Notes under the pieces: model-generated
What the model was told of the DNA's origin: nothing
Database searches by the model: none
The model's input: the letters and a program-made list of their open reading frames with translations, nothing else
Shown: piece after piece, positions 1 to 12,872 of the stretch
Numbering within the stretch: position 1 is the stretch's first letter
How the letters are laid out: each line of letters begins with the position of its first letter
NCBI GenBank assembly: GCA_035084275.1
Contig: CM068744.1
Span: forward strand, 12,772,001 to 12,836,000
Reading direction: 5' to 3'
DNA: 64,000 nt
Source: Hydrolagus colliei
Lineage: Eukaryota
Translations under genes and position numbers: made by a program

Positions 1-595
1 TTGCTAGGTTAATATTTTAGTTGTCAGCCTTAATCAAAACATTTTGGTTTGTAATTGCCTTTTAAGCTCTCAAAACAATTGAGAGCTGGATGTTATATTG
101 TTTCTAAGTACAGTACATTGAAACTGTTCAATTAACCTTAAAATTATGATTTATAATCATAAGTGTATTGAATAAACAGGCCTTTTATAACATTAGGTTT
201 TAACAAATTTAAATATTCTGTGAAATTAATATAGTGCCTATAGGCTCAAAACATCTCAAATTGCTTCAGTATAGTAGAGCGACAATGTAATCATAGATAA
301 ACTTGAATATAGCAATTTCTCACAGACAACTAAATGGTCAATTTATCTGACGAATTGGAGGCCAGAACCCCAGAAGAAAATCTCTTCAGTTTTTAAAGAG
401 CGATATTGGACATTTGTTATCCAACTCAACATCTCATCTCGCATTTCGTCTGAAACATGGTCTCTCCAACAATGCAGCACTCCCCAAATACTGCACCCTG
501 AAGCATCCTGAATTGTGAGCTTGAACTCATGATGTGGGGTTTGAAATCCACACCCTTCTAAACCAGAGTACTAGAAACTGAACCAGATACCAGTC

Positions 596-601
596 TTTAT
601 T
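596..601 (-). terminator. Polyadenylation signal AATAAA for LEG1
   Basis: tttatt on + = AATAAA on -, about 30 nt after the LEG1 stop codon. Confidence 0.6.
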
Positions 602-629
602 CGAAGTCACAGCAATGACAATATAAAGA

Positions 630-802
630 TTAAGCTTCAGGTATTACACAATCAAAATTCTTGAGGAATTCCACAAAAAGTTTAAGTATCCCAGGTAAAA
701 CAAGGTCAAGATTTAGAATCATATTTTCCAAGAGATACCGACCCTCCGCTCTCCCAGTTTCTGAGCACATGGATCTCTTCCACATTCGTAATAACAGTCC
801 AT
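630..802 (-). CDS. LEG1: LEG1 coding exon 6 (last)
   Basis: Acceptor ccattcag|, reads (D)GLLLRMWKRSMCSETGRAEGR...VIPEA-TAA. The six exons sum to 1131 nt = 376 aa + stop, with all phases consistent. Confidence 0.93.
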
Positions 803-879
803 CTGAATGGAGATAAAAATAATGCAGAATTATATAGTTATCATATAATACAGTAATAATTTCAGTCAAATATCAACCA

Positions 880-1022
880 TGAATAAAAACACAAAATACT
901 GCAGATGCTGGAAATCTGAAACACAAGCAGAAAACGCTGGGAACATTCCACAGGTCAGGCAGCATCTATGGAGAAAGTTAAAGTGAGTCACCATTTCAGG
1001 TCCACGACACTTCGTCAGTCCT
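880..1022 (-). mobile_element. Penelope-type terminal-repeat fragment with degenerate hammerhead motif
   Basis: Minus strand: CTGACGAAGTGTCGTGGACCTGAAA...TCCATAGATGCTGCCTGACCTG...CAGATTTCCAGCATCTGCAG, a repeat typical of chondrichthyan genomes. Confidence 0.7.
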
Positions 1023-3479
1023 GACCCCAAGTGTGCTTAAGAGAATGTGAAATGAAAGTGTATTGGAAATAAATCTCAGTACTCTATGTGTATATCTTTG
1101 GAGATTTCAAATCTTAGTACTGTACAGTATATGCAAATCTTCATCTGAAATAAACATCTATGGACAATTTCCCAATCAATTTTAACGATAATAATAATAA
1201 TCCTTTATTTGATTAACTTGGAACATCCTCCCAATGTGAAAGGCGCTCTATAAATTTAATTTTGTTGTTGTTTTTGCACCTTATCACGTTTTCGAGATGT
1301 CTCAAAGCACTTCACAGAACATACTCCTTCTGACGTGAAAGGCGCTATACAAGTGTAATTTTGTTGTTGTTACTGTTGTTGTTGTAAAGTGAATTGACTG
1401 TATGCTTTGTGGGCAAAATACAGCAATAAATTGCACACAGGAATGTACTACAAACTGTCATGGATTGAAATGACCAATTTTTTTTTGAAGGAATTATTAT
1501 CTCCAGAAAACTTATTCGACGATCATCTAAAAGCGGGTTCCTAATTTCTGCTAGGTAAACAGAGGCGGGTGGAATAAAGAAACTTGGCTTATATTTTGCC
1601 CTACCAGGAATCAAACCCAGGTCTCTACATATCATTTCCAATATATTATTTTAACATATGTTGGAACATCCTCCCGATATGAAAGGCGCTACACAAATGT
1701 AATTTTGTTGTTCTATTTTGCTTGAGAATGGAGTGGGTATTGGATTGAGCAGCAGCATCTCGAGTGAGTAGTGAGTGATACTGAAGATATAATCCCTTTT
1801 CTATGGCTGCTATAATTTAAATAACCACTAGGTGGCACACTAACACTGAAAGAAACAGCTTCATTTTACCTCAAATTTTATATTAGTTTTTCAGAAAATG
1901 ATTTTATAAATGAGTTATGATAGGCCTGTAATAAGCTTCTTTAACAATCTGAAGTACCAATTCATAAAATTCTTCTGAGAAATAAGAGTTTCTACATCAC
2001 CTTACCCCCTTGTAGATAATTGACTGTGTAGGTGAGGATTTAAGAGCAAGTATTTAGGATGAAATGTGATTGAAACTGTTGTCTTATTAAGTTAATATCA
2101 AATAACAATAATGCTTTCATTTGATACAGAGCTTTAGCTGAAACTGCTTCTCAGATCTTACTGTGTTTTGTAATGGTACATGAATGAAGCAGCCAATTTG
2201 GGCACAGTTCCCAGAAACAGCCATGTCAACAAACAAACAACAAACAAAACTTACATTTATATAGCGCCTTTCACGTCGAGAGGACATCCCAAGGCGCTGT
2301 ACAGTCAGGTAGGACAAGAGCAGGGTGGGAAGGATCAGGGCAGGATGAAGAATAGTAGGAAAAGTAACTGTATATTAGTGGGCGAAACGCGGCAGCCAAA
2401 TTGCGCACAGCAGTGTCCCACAATCAGTCACGGAAGTGGGACTAGGGGCAAAAGGGGGTAAAGAAGCAAAAGGGGAGGGGTGGAGGCAGGGGGAAGAAAA
2501 GCAGGAAAGTCGACTGTATATTTGTGGGCGAAACGCGGCAGCCAAATTGCGCACAGCAGTGTCCCCACAAACAATCGCGAAAATGGGGCCAGGGGAGAAA
2601 GGGGGAAAAGAGGGTAAGGGGGGAGAGGGAGGGAAAGGTGGGATGGGATAGGGTTAGGGAGGAAGAGGGGGGGAGAAAGGGGTTAAGGAAGAGAGGGAGG
2701 GAAAGATGGGTGGAGGCAAGATCAGGAAGAGGGAAGAGGGAGGGAAGGGGAAAAGGGAGGAGAGAAAGTGGGGAAAGGGAGTGAGGGAAGAAGAAGATGG
2801 GGGCAGGGGTGGGGGGAATCAAACAACATTAATAAACAATAATAAACAACACAAGCAATAATATTAACAACAAAAACAGCAACAAACAATGTCCAATATT
2901 ATCTGGGAGATTGGTGTCCAGGACACCAGGAGAAGCTGTCTTCTTTAATAAATAGTGCCACGGCATCCTTTAATGTCCACCTGAATAGGGAGAGGAGACC
3001 TCAACTTGAAGCCTCATCCAAAGGATGGCATTCCCAACAATGCAGCTCTCCCCAGAACAGCACTGGTAGCAATCTAGATTATGAGTTCAATGCCCAGATG
3101 TAGAATTTGAAGCCAAAACCTTTGAACTCAGAGGTGAACGATGCTACCACCTCAGCCATGGCAAACCTGGTTGTCTCAACAACTTTGTATTAAAGAAACA
3201 GCAACAATAAAATTACATTTGTATAGAGCCGTTTACGTCGAGAGGACGTCCCAAGGCACTAAATCCAAGAAAATTGCATGTGTACAGAAATCTGATTCCT
3301 CAGGAGGAAAATTGCTCTTATCGTGTAATGAATTTGACAATGTAGGCTTATTATGGGAAAGATTCAATTGTGAGCACACACTTTAAAATTCCCTAAGTTT
3401 AGTGTGGGGCAATATCAGCTCCACTCCCAACACATCCAATAGAAATAATATTGATTGGTAGTTACTTAACAACAGCAGC

Positions 3480-3735
3480 AACAAAATTATATTTATAGAG
3501 CGCCTTTCATGTTGGGAGGACGGCCCAATGCGCTGAACAGTCAGGTCGGGACCCAAGCAAGGGAGAGGGGCAGGGTAAGGGGAGGGGTGGGAGAGAGTTG
3601 GGAGGAGAGGGAGAGAGTTGGGAGGGCAGCAGAAGACACAGTTGAAGAGGAAAGTCTTGAGACCGGCCTTGAACGGGACGAGGGAAGGAGAAAGAGAAGG
3701 GACTGTAGGATGGAGTTCCAGAGTGTAGGGTCGCA
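3480..3735 (-). mobile_element. L2 3' end fragment
   Basis: FKAGLKTFLF and the shared 3' tail. Confidence 0.8.
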
Positions 3736-4219
3736 ACAAGAACAACAACAAAATTACACTTGTATACTTAACAGAAGTCAATGAAATTAACCTAATGAAT
3801 AACAGCCAACACAGTTTTGGAAGGGTTGGGTTTTGCCCAACTTTATGTATTTTTACTGTGAGGATGACATCCTAACTTGATAACTGGAAGCTATATTATG
3901 CTCTCAAGACCTTTAGGTTACTAGGGCAGGTTAGAAAATTGGTGAGTGTAAAAAACCCATCAATTCTGGGTCTGGCAGCTTAGAAGAAATTTATGTCAGA
4001 CTCATGAAAGAATGAACAGCCTCTGTAGAATTTCATACAATGATACAGCCCAGAAGCAAGCCTTTTGATCCAACTAGTCTTATTCACAAGATCAAAAAAG
4101 ATCAGCCCTTTCGCTCTCACTCTTCTAAAATATTCACCCGACCACCTTCCCAATAAAACACCAAGTTACATCTAAAGTGAACATAGTGTCCTGACCAATA
4201 TCATTTGCCATCAAGCATC

Positions 4220-4600
4220 TGTACCTACCTCTGCGACCTCCTAACCCCCTATCAGCCTGCCCACTCCCTCCATTCAGCAGGCTCCGGCTTGCTTCATGTT
4301 CCCCGCCTCACTTGCCCCATCATTGCCAGGTGGGCCGTCAGCCACTCTGCCTCCACTCTCTGGAACTCCATCCCTGCCCTCTGGAATTCCATCCCGCCAT
4401 CCTTCTGCCTCACCTCCTCCCTTGCCTTCAAGAGCAACTTTAAGACCCTACTCTTCAACTGTGCCTTCGGTCACCCTATTTCCACCCTCTCAGATCCCGA
4501 TCTCAAGCTTGGGTCTAAAACACTGAATGTCCAGCGACTTGGGATGTCCTCCTGACATGAAAGGCGCTCTATAAATGTAAATTGTTGTTGTTGTTGTTGT
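4220..4600 (+). mobile_element. L2 3' end fragment
   Basis: TLWNSIP (locally duplicated), FKSNFKTLLF and a (TTG)n tail. Confidence 0.8.
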
Positions 4601-4962
4601 TGTAGTGGTTAGATTGCTCGCTTCACAAGCAAGACGACCTGGGTTCGATTCCTGGACAGGGCGATATATTTGAAGAGTTTTCTTACTCCACACACCTATG
4701 TTTGCCTAGCAGTAAGTAGGTATACGTGATTGTTACTTAATTGGAGGATCACTTTTCCACAGGTAATAATCACTTGAAAAAAAAGATAATTGGGTCACTC
4801 AATCCACGACTGTTTGTGGAACACCGCTGTGCACAATTGGGTGCCACATTTTGCCTCCCAAAATGTAGTCAATTCACTTTACAATATATTCTGTGAAGCC
4901 TCTTTGAGAAATTTCGAAGACGTGATAATGTGCTATATGAAATGCAAGGATTAATATTATTA
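4600..4962 (+). mobile_element. tRNA-derived SINE (variant subfamily)
   Basis: gtggttagattgctcgc...gggttcgattcc B box and family tail; a similar copy lies at about 57715-58013. Confidence 0.8.
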
Positions 4963-6596
4963 TACTTGTGGTTGATAATGATAATAGTGATCCTTGCATT
5001 TGGTACAGCACCTTATCCTGTAGTCAAGACAACTTAAATGCCTCACAGGATATTCTATAAAATGATGTAACCATATGTATTTTGTGAGTGAACCTGGCAG
5101 CCAATTTGCGCATGTCCCACAAGCAGCCATAAAGTGAGTAACCAAATTTATCTGTGGAATTGTTAGCCACCAAGAAAAACTCCTGTTGACGTTGAAAAAT
5201 GTTGACATCCTAGCTGCTATTATTAATATCTAAATCTCAGTTGAATGAAACATTGTAAGTTTAAACAATTATCATATCTAACTATAATTTTTTTAAATCT
5301 ATAGCTGTAAGCATTCCTTCAATAATGCAGTTTGGCAGTTACAGACCATTTTTAGTGTGGATAGGCTTACCACACGAAATTGCCCTTATTTTGCTGGCAA
5401 TTGCTTCTTCAATGGCAACCTCACTAAAGAGGCCGCGTGTTGGCTTTTTTGTGAAATGAAAAATGTAATGGTGACCGATTAGGAAAACGTTCTTCATATT
5501 TGGGCTGAAGTATTACTCAGTGTTTAGCTATTGCTCTAGCTGGTTTGGGACTGCTTGATGTTACTAAGAAATTGGAAAAATGTCCAATTCCGCAACACAG
5601 AACAATAATAATAATAATAATTTCTGCATTTCATAGAGTGTCTTATCACATTGTCAAGATGTCTCAAAGCATTCATAGGATATATTGTAAAGTGGTACGA
5701 CTGTTTGTATTTTGTGAGTGAACACAGAAGCCAATTTACACAACGCCCGACTAACAGCCATGGAGTGAGTCCACTAAAATCAATTGTCTTGAAGGTTCCT
5801 GATTGTCCAGCACCTTGGGACATCCTCCCAACATGAAAGGCACTATACAAAAGCAATATTTGTTTGTTTGTCCCAATGCACATTTAAAAACACCTTTCTC
5901 ATGCTTTGAACAATATTCTACTATTTAAGTTTTGTACCACATTAATATAAAACAAGAGAGAGAAAAATCATTAACATGAAGTACAGATGTAACAAAGAAA
6001 TGGTACAGAATGGAAACAATGATATTTCATTTGGGAGATTTACTGCAGAACAAACAGATCTGCTTTCACAAACTTGGGGAAATAGTGCAACTTTACTATA
6101 AAACGAGAGATTTAAGTCTTATGACTTCCTCAGTTATCCTGCATCTTGGGCTAGTTACATTACATTCATTCTATTCTTAAAATCGATAAGATTGGAGCTT
6201 TCCAGTTACAGATGCAAATTACTTCATGTACAATGACATCTATGAATTTTGCCTTAATTGTTAGATCTTGAGATAATAGTTGAACTGGAACAATGGAAAT
6301 CGACAGGACAGAAAGTAATAATTCAGCTGGTTCTCTGAAAGTTCTAACCATGTAGTTCCATTCTCCTACCTTTTCCCCATACCCTTTTACATTTCTGGAG
6401 TATTTAGTAAATAACTGAAGTCTCCTGAAGCTTCTTTCTTGCCAATTGAGCTACCCTTTTCCCCCTCCAACTGGAGTAGGCATGTTCTACTTGCATTATT
6501 TGTCATAATAATTTGCAGCAACTATATTACAGAAATTCACAAATTAGTTACCACACAGATCACGAAAGAAAAATATCATAGGAAATTGTAATCTAC

Positions 6597-6835
6597 CTGT
6601 AATTGTATTAACCTCATTCAAAAGATTGAGCGTAACTAGGACTCTGTTCTCCTCTTCACTCAGGTCTGGGATGGTTGGTCCCACATCGCTGGCTAACAGC
6701 ATTCGCTGGGGAAGATACACTTGGAATATGTTGGTGTCCTTAAAATTGGTAAGGAAATGAGTAGCGGCAATAAATTCTACTGCATTACTCCAGCTGATGC
6801 CAAACCTTGCTTCAGGCGCTGACATATACTTTAAT
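6597..6835 (-). CDS. LEG1: LEG1 coding exon 5
   Basis: Pyrimidine tract + gatag|, reads LKYMSAPEARFGISWSNAVEFIAATHF...LPQRML...IPDLSEEENRVL...NTIT, donor |gtagat. 239 nt, phase 2 to 1. Confidence 0.95.
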
Positions 6836-6896
6836 CTATCAAAAAGAAAAAAGGAAGAGAAGCAGATGTTACAAAACACATGAAATTTAGATGTAA

Positions 6897-7195
6897 ATAA
6901 TAATAACAATCCTTGCATTTGATATAGTGTTTTTCATGTCTTCTAGACATCTCAAAGCGTTTCACAGAATAAACACTAAAGTGAATTGACTGTATATTTA
7001 TGGGCAAAATGTGGCAGCCAAACAGATGTGGATTGAAATGACCAATTTTATCATTGCTGTTTTTTTTGGGGGATTATTATTAGGCATCTGGAGTAAGGAA
7101 ACTTGCCCAGTTTCACCCTGACTTAACCTGGATTCGAACACAGGTCTCACGCTTGTAAGGCGAGTGCTTTAACCACTGAGCTACAGAACTCCACA
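6897..7195 (-). mobile_element. tRNA-derived SINE, full length
   Basis: Reverse complement of the same family; head ccactgagctacag at about 7173-7186. Confidence 0.88.
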
Positions 7196-8049
7196 ATCTC
7201 ATTTTTGTTTCACTTTGTAAACAAGCTTCAGAAAGATAGTTGAGGACTGGGAGTCACAGAAGGTTAGAAAATGTATCTTCTGATAGCGTCTTTGGTAGTA
7301 CTCATATAATGGGTAACAGAGAAGTGGAGCACAAAATATAACCACATGTTGATGACTAATTCACTGCTGTGTACAGCACACCTGATCAACTCACATCCTA
7401 ACATCTTGCAAAACATCAAAGATGTGTGCTGGCTCTCAAGGCAAAAGTTGACATTCCAAAATAGAGAGCATATAGAGAGTATATAGAGAGTGTTTGGATG
7501 AAGAATCACATCTCTCCAGAAAACCGACTGTAGTGTTTGCCCATCACAGCACAAGCTACGTTTAAATTAATCCAGGGTCACGGCCTTAATTACCCTGCAG
7601 GCAACCTGTTCCAGTCATTGGTTATCCTTTGTGTTAATGTAAAACTTCCGTGTATTTCAGCAATCTGAAATTGCTCTTTACAAAACTAAACCCATGTCTC
7701 CTTGTTTTACTGTCTTAGTGCAGCCTTAAGTATTGTTCTCAACGTATAGGATGAAGGACAGATAGGGCATAGGTCACATAGAGCAGGTTTGCATATATGT
7801 GCAGCTGCAGATGGAATGTGCATATCTTAGAACAATTGTACAGGTCAATCTCTCCACCCTATGCAAAGCAAGCTTCCTACCTCAATTGGGTCAACATGTA
7901 CACTAACTAAGATAGATGGAACAAATTGCTCAAGGCAATCTTGGGTAGTGCAAACTCAATAAAGATAAATTCATTCACTGCATCTGAGAATTAAAGATCC
8001 CATTGCACTACATCAAAGTAGAGCAGAAAGTTTCCAGGCTTTAAAAACA

Positions 8050-9040
8050 TGGAAACAGGAGTAGGCAATTCAGCCCCTCAAACTTTTTTCCGCCGTTCTG
8101 TAGAATGTAGCTGATCTGTACTTCAACTACATTTACCCACCCTTGCCCCATATCCCTTAACACCCTGACCTAACAAATATCTATCCACCTAAATTTTGAA
8201 GATGTGAATGAATAGAGCATCTACAGCCTTTTGGGGGAGAATTACAGATTTCCATTTCAGTGAAAAACTGGATCCTAATTTCACTCCTAAATGGCCTAGT
8301 TCTAATTTTAAGATTATGTCCCCTTGTTCTGGATTCCTCTACCAGAGGAAATTGTTTCTCTGTATCTGATACAGAGAAATTCTATTATTATTTCAAAAAT
8401 GTCAAACAGACCCCCCACTTCCCAACCTTCTAACCTCAAGAGAATAGAGACCAGGTTTATGCAACCTGTCGTCATCATTTAACATCTTAGCCCTGGTATC
8501 ATTCTGGTGGGGGGGCACTCAATAGTCTGAAGGTTCAATAGTCCGAACACACAAATTTCCTATACCCGGGGAGGTTACCGTGGTTACTGCTCGATTGTCC
8601 GAACCAACAATGAAATAAGATTTGTTAATCCGAATATTTGGTGCGATGGTCCCAAGGTTCATTAGTCCAAAGGTTAGGGTTACGGTTAGGGGAGAGGGGA
8701 AGCTTCGGACTAATGAACCTTCGGACTAATGAACCATCGGACCATCGAGCGGTAACCATTCTGGTGAACCTCCCCACACACCACCTCGAGAGCCAATATA
8801 TCCTTCTTGAGGTACTGTGCCCAAAACTGAATGTTGTACTCCAGATGGGGTCTGACCAAGGCTCTAGAAAGTTGAAACACCATTTCCTCTCCTTTATATT
8901 CCAGCCCCCTTGAGATAATGGCCAACATCTTGTTAGCCTTATTGATAATGTTTTGTACCTGTCAGCTTGCATTTAGTAATTTTAGTATACGAGATCCCAA
9001 ATCCCTTTGATCTTTCATAGTTTGTCACCATTTAGAAATA
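8050..9040 (-). mobile_element. CR1-clade LINE 3' fragment interrupted by a MITE
   Basis: ISRGLEYK...LVRPHLEYNIQFWAQYLKKDILALE in the minus-strand ORF; 3' end with ggagtaggcaattcagccc. Confidence 0.85.
8510..8757. mobile_element. Non-autonomous DNA transposon (MULE-like MITE) with 9-10 bp TSD
   Basis: Flanked by a (C)ATTCTGGTG duplication (8500-8509, 8757-8766); imperfect ~38 bp TIRs built from GGTTCATTAGTCCGAA units. Confidence 0.8.
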
Positions 9041-9352
9041 ATAATAATAATAATCCTTGCATTTGATGTAGCATTTTTCACGTCTTCTAGACGTCTCAAA
9101 GCACTTCACAGAAATACTGTAAAGTGAATTGATTGTTTATTTGTGGGCGAAATGCGGCAGCCAATTCAGCACATCAGAATCCCACAAACAGTCATGCATT
9201 GAAATGACCAATTTATTAATGGTTTTTTTTGGAGGGATTATCATTAGGCGTGTGGAGTGAGGAAACTTGCCCAAAGTTTCGCTCTGCCGGGAATCAGACC
9301 CAGGTCTCCAGCTTGTAAGGCAAGTGTTCTAACCACTGAGTGACAGGACTGT
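9038..9352 (-). mobile_element. tRNA-derived SINE, full length
   Basis: (aat)n tail, central domain and tRNA-like head in reverse orientation. Confidence 0.88.
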
Positions 9353-9964
9353 GTAGTGGATGACCGCACACATCCCCACAGTGAATTCCATTTGCTACAT
9401 TCTATCCAATATTTATTTCTCATCCAGTTGTATTCAAGCAGATTAAATTTGATAATTTATCTCTTTATATCTTTGTGCAACCTGTGCAGATTATATACAG
9501 ATTGATTATTATGTATGTTTTCAAGTACGATTTTTTACTTTGATACAGCACCTGAAACAATTCGCAAATAATTAATGTAGACTGTAATGGCTGTAAGGGA
9601 ACACAACAGCCAATGTGCATACAGTAATACCTCATGACAGACATGAAGAGGATGATCAATTTTATCTAGAAGATTGTTTTGGCTAAGATGAAACTCACTT
9701 CTCTTTTCAATTAATGTTGTGGGATCTTCAACATCAACCTGAGTAGGCAGATGGGACTTTGGTTTAACATCTTAACTCATCTCAGGGCAGCACTTCCGAA
9801 AACACAGCACTCCCAAAGCAATGCATTAGAGGATATAAGTGTCAAATCCCTACACAATTTATATTTCATACCTAAAGCTACAGTAATCTATTCCTGTGCA
9901 GAAGGAAGCAACAAAGGTAGAACAAAGCAGAAAAACTAAATCATAATAAAAATTATAAACACAC

Positions 9965-10098
9965 CTTTCTGAACATTTCGAAAGAGCACCTTCGATTGAT
10001 GCTACATGTGCAGTCCACAAATAATATGTAATAATGTCTTCCTCTGGTGATAAGGTAGGAGGCACCTTATAAATAGGAGTGTTCTTTGTTCTCAAAAA
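9965..10098 (-). CDS. LEG1: LEG1 coding exon 4
   Basis: Acceptor tctattttgcag|, reads FLRTKNTP...YYLWTAHVASIEGALSKCSE(R), donor |gtgtgt. 134 nt, phase 0 to 2. LW.AH..S motif. Confidence 0.92.
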
Positions 10099-10124
10099 CT
10101 GCAAAATAGAAGCAATAGGAGACA

Positions 10125-10610
10125 ATAACAACAACAATTTTGAATTATATAGCGCCCTCCACACCGGGCGGCATCTCAGAGTGCTTTACAATAACAGATC
10201 CCGGGGCCGAGCCGGGGTGAGGGGAAAGAGGTGAACGAAGGCGTAATCAAAAAGAAAGGTCTTTAGCCAAGACCTAGGAAGAGAGGGGGCAAGGCAAAGG
10301 GAGTGAGGAAGGGAGTTCCAGAGCTTCGGGGCATACTGGCTGAAGGCCCAACCACCGATGGTGGAGCGGAGGATTCGGGGGAGAAAGAGGAGACCAGAAC
10401 TGGAGGAGTGAAGGCAACGGGTGCTGGTTTGAGGAGCAAAAAGGTCAGTGAGATAGTGGGGTGCAGAGGAGTGGAGAGATTTGAAAACAAGAGTGAGGAT
10501 CTTGAAATTGATTCTCTTTGGGACAGAGATCCAGTGAAGTTTGGTGAGGACTGGGGTAATGGAGGAATGAAGTTTGGTGCGGGTGAGAATGCAGGCAGCA
10601 GAGTTCTGTA
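10125..10610 (-). mobile_element. L2-clade LINE 3' fragment (second subfamily)
   Basis: Aligns by eye with 52845-53400; AAC-rich tail on + strand. Confidence 0.85.
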
Positions 10611-10929
10611 TGAGAGCAATATTGTGGTCAGTATGAAATTTATCAAATCCAATGGACTGATTATAAAAATCATGCCACAGATCTCAATTGTGAAGTCTGA
10701 AAAGCCCACAGCATTGATCGTCTGGCTCAGTAAAGACTAGCCTGCTTCAGCAAACAGAGCTTCACTTCTTCCCCACCTTTCTGCTTTATCATCGGTGGAT
10801 GAGCCTTCGGTCACTCTGTCCCCATGCTCTGGAACTCCAACTTTCCAATTAGCCGCTTGCACTCCACCTTATAACCTATAACTATTAGTGATTGGGAGAG
10901 AGGCACAAAGCAAAATTGGCGTACTTATC

Positions 10930-11750
10930 CCTTTCAAGACGGAGGCCCTCCTGATTGGCTTGCGTCAGCACCTCTGCACCTCAGGAGCTGGCAACATCAG
11001 CATTCAAGGCTGTACTCTCCATCTCTTGATGCCAGTCAGGAATCTGGGCATCTTGTTCGACCCTGAACTGTCCTTTCTCCCCCAAATCCGCAACATGACC
11101 GGTACTGCCTTCCACCACCTCCGCAACATTGCCAGATCCCGCCACTACCTTACCCCCCATGCTGCCCAAACACTTGCCCACGCATTCATCACATCTAGGC
11201 TCAACTACGGGAACTCTCTCCTTCCCAGCTCCTCCCTTTACAAGCTGCAGATTATTCAGAACTTTGCAGCTCGTGTACTCTCCCGCACTAGGCTCCGCGA
11301 TCACATCACTCCCACCCTTGCCCATTTCCACTGACTCCCCATCCCCCAAAGAATCAAATTCAAGATCCTCGTCCTCACTTTCAAGGCCATTCATGGCCTT
11401 GTCCCCGCCTATCTCTCTGACCTGCTTCTCCCTATCAGTCTGCCCAACCTCTCCGTTCAGCGGGCTCTGGCCTGCTCCATGTTCCCCACCCCACCTTACT
11501 ATCAGTGACTGGACTTTCAGCCTCTCTCCCCACATTCTGGAACTCTATCCCACAATCCCTTTGCCACGCTTCTTACCCTTTCCTCCTTCAAGGCCGGTCT
11601 CAAAACCTTTCTCTTCGACCGTGCTTTCTGCTGCCCTCCTAACTCTCCCCCCTTTTCCCTGCCCCTACCCCGATCCTTCCACCACTGCTCGGGTCCCGAT
11701 CCAACCCCAATGTGAAAGGCGCTTTATAAATGTAATTTTGTTGTTGTTTC
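10930..11750 (+). mobile_element. L2-clade LINE 3' fragment
   Basis: KTEALLIG...RNLGILFD...SRLNYGNSLL...QNFAARVL; same 3' end (aaaggcgctttataaatgtaattttgttgttg) as the 62765-63775 copy. Confidence 0.9.
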
Positions 11751-12062
11751 ATCGACAGCCTGATCTGAAGCATTTATTCATTCTTACCAAATTTTATGTA
11801 AATGTGATAGACTGTATACTGGTGATATTGACCTCACCTCTTTATACAGATGACATAACTAGAGAATGTGAGCAACATAATAATATCAAAAAACTTGTAG
11901 TTGATACAGTACCTTATTACATTGTCCAAATGTTTCAAGCCACTTCACAGGATTTTACCGTAAAGTGTGTATTCATAGGTAATACACACTTTACAAGTAA
12001 GAGACCTTGTTTGTAAGGCGAGTGCTCTAAGCACTGAGCTACAGTACTCCACACAATCCTGC

Positions 12063-12378
12063 GTGGAGTACTGTAGCTCAGTGGTTAGAGCACTCGCCTT
12101 ACAAGCAAGAGACCTTGTTTCAATTCCAGGGAGGTCAGGAAGAAGTCTTGGGCAAGTTTCCTTACTCCACACGCCTGATAATAATCCCTCAAAAAATTAA
12201 CAAATTGGTCATTTCAAACCACGACTGTTTGTGAGACACTGCTGTGTGCAATAGGTTGCTGCATTTTGCCCACAAATATAGTCAATTCTCTTTACAGTGT
12301 ATTCTGTGAAGCACTTTGAGACGTCTAGATTATGTGAAAAGCACTATATCAAATGCAAGGATTATTATTATTATTATT
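12063..12378 (+). mobile_element. tRNA-derived SINE, full length
   Basis: A box TAGCTCAGTGG, B-box-like gtttcaattcc, central tgtgagacactgctgtgtgcaa and tail aaatgcaagg(att)n. Confidence 0.9.
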
Positions 12379-12872
12379 TCTTTGCCCATGGTTTCAGCCA
12401 TTTTTCCCTTCCTGCCCCCAACCTTCAGATTCTAGACAGTTGTGTGACGTGCTTTGAGACAACTTCCTGACAGACAAGATGCTATATAAATGCAAATTGT
12501 TGTTGTGGACCACGGAGTTTTAACAGCCAGCCAGTCATATTTCTGAAATTGTAACTGAAGATCATGCAAAAGCCATGATCTGGACTGGATGTCCACCACA
12601 AGACATCTGAAACTGCAGACAAGACTTCTGCAACTTCATCTTTTAGGGCAGTATCAAGGAGGGGGTTTCATCTTCGAATCATTGAATGTGTTAAGTGATA
12701 CATGCTAAGCAACAGTGTATCTGGGAATATTTCTCATGTCCATCGTAAACAAAATGAGAATGCAGGATTTCCAAAACTAGTACGTTAGACACACTGACAG
12801 AAACTCTGTTCTGAAAACACTTTTTTTTGTAGTGGAATTTCTGCCGGTCTGTATTCTGTACTTACTACAGTA

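Noticed and set aside
8700-8757. Short regularly repeated units resembling a CRISPR array
   Set aside because: No unique spacers, eukaryotic context; these are MITE subterminal repeats.
12063-12130. tRNA gene-like sequences (also about 7130-7190, 28340, 58640)
   Set aside because: They are SINE heads: each continues into the SINE body and tail, with no complete cloverleaf.
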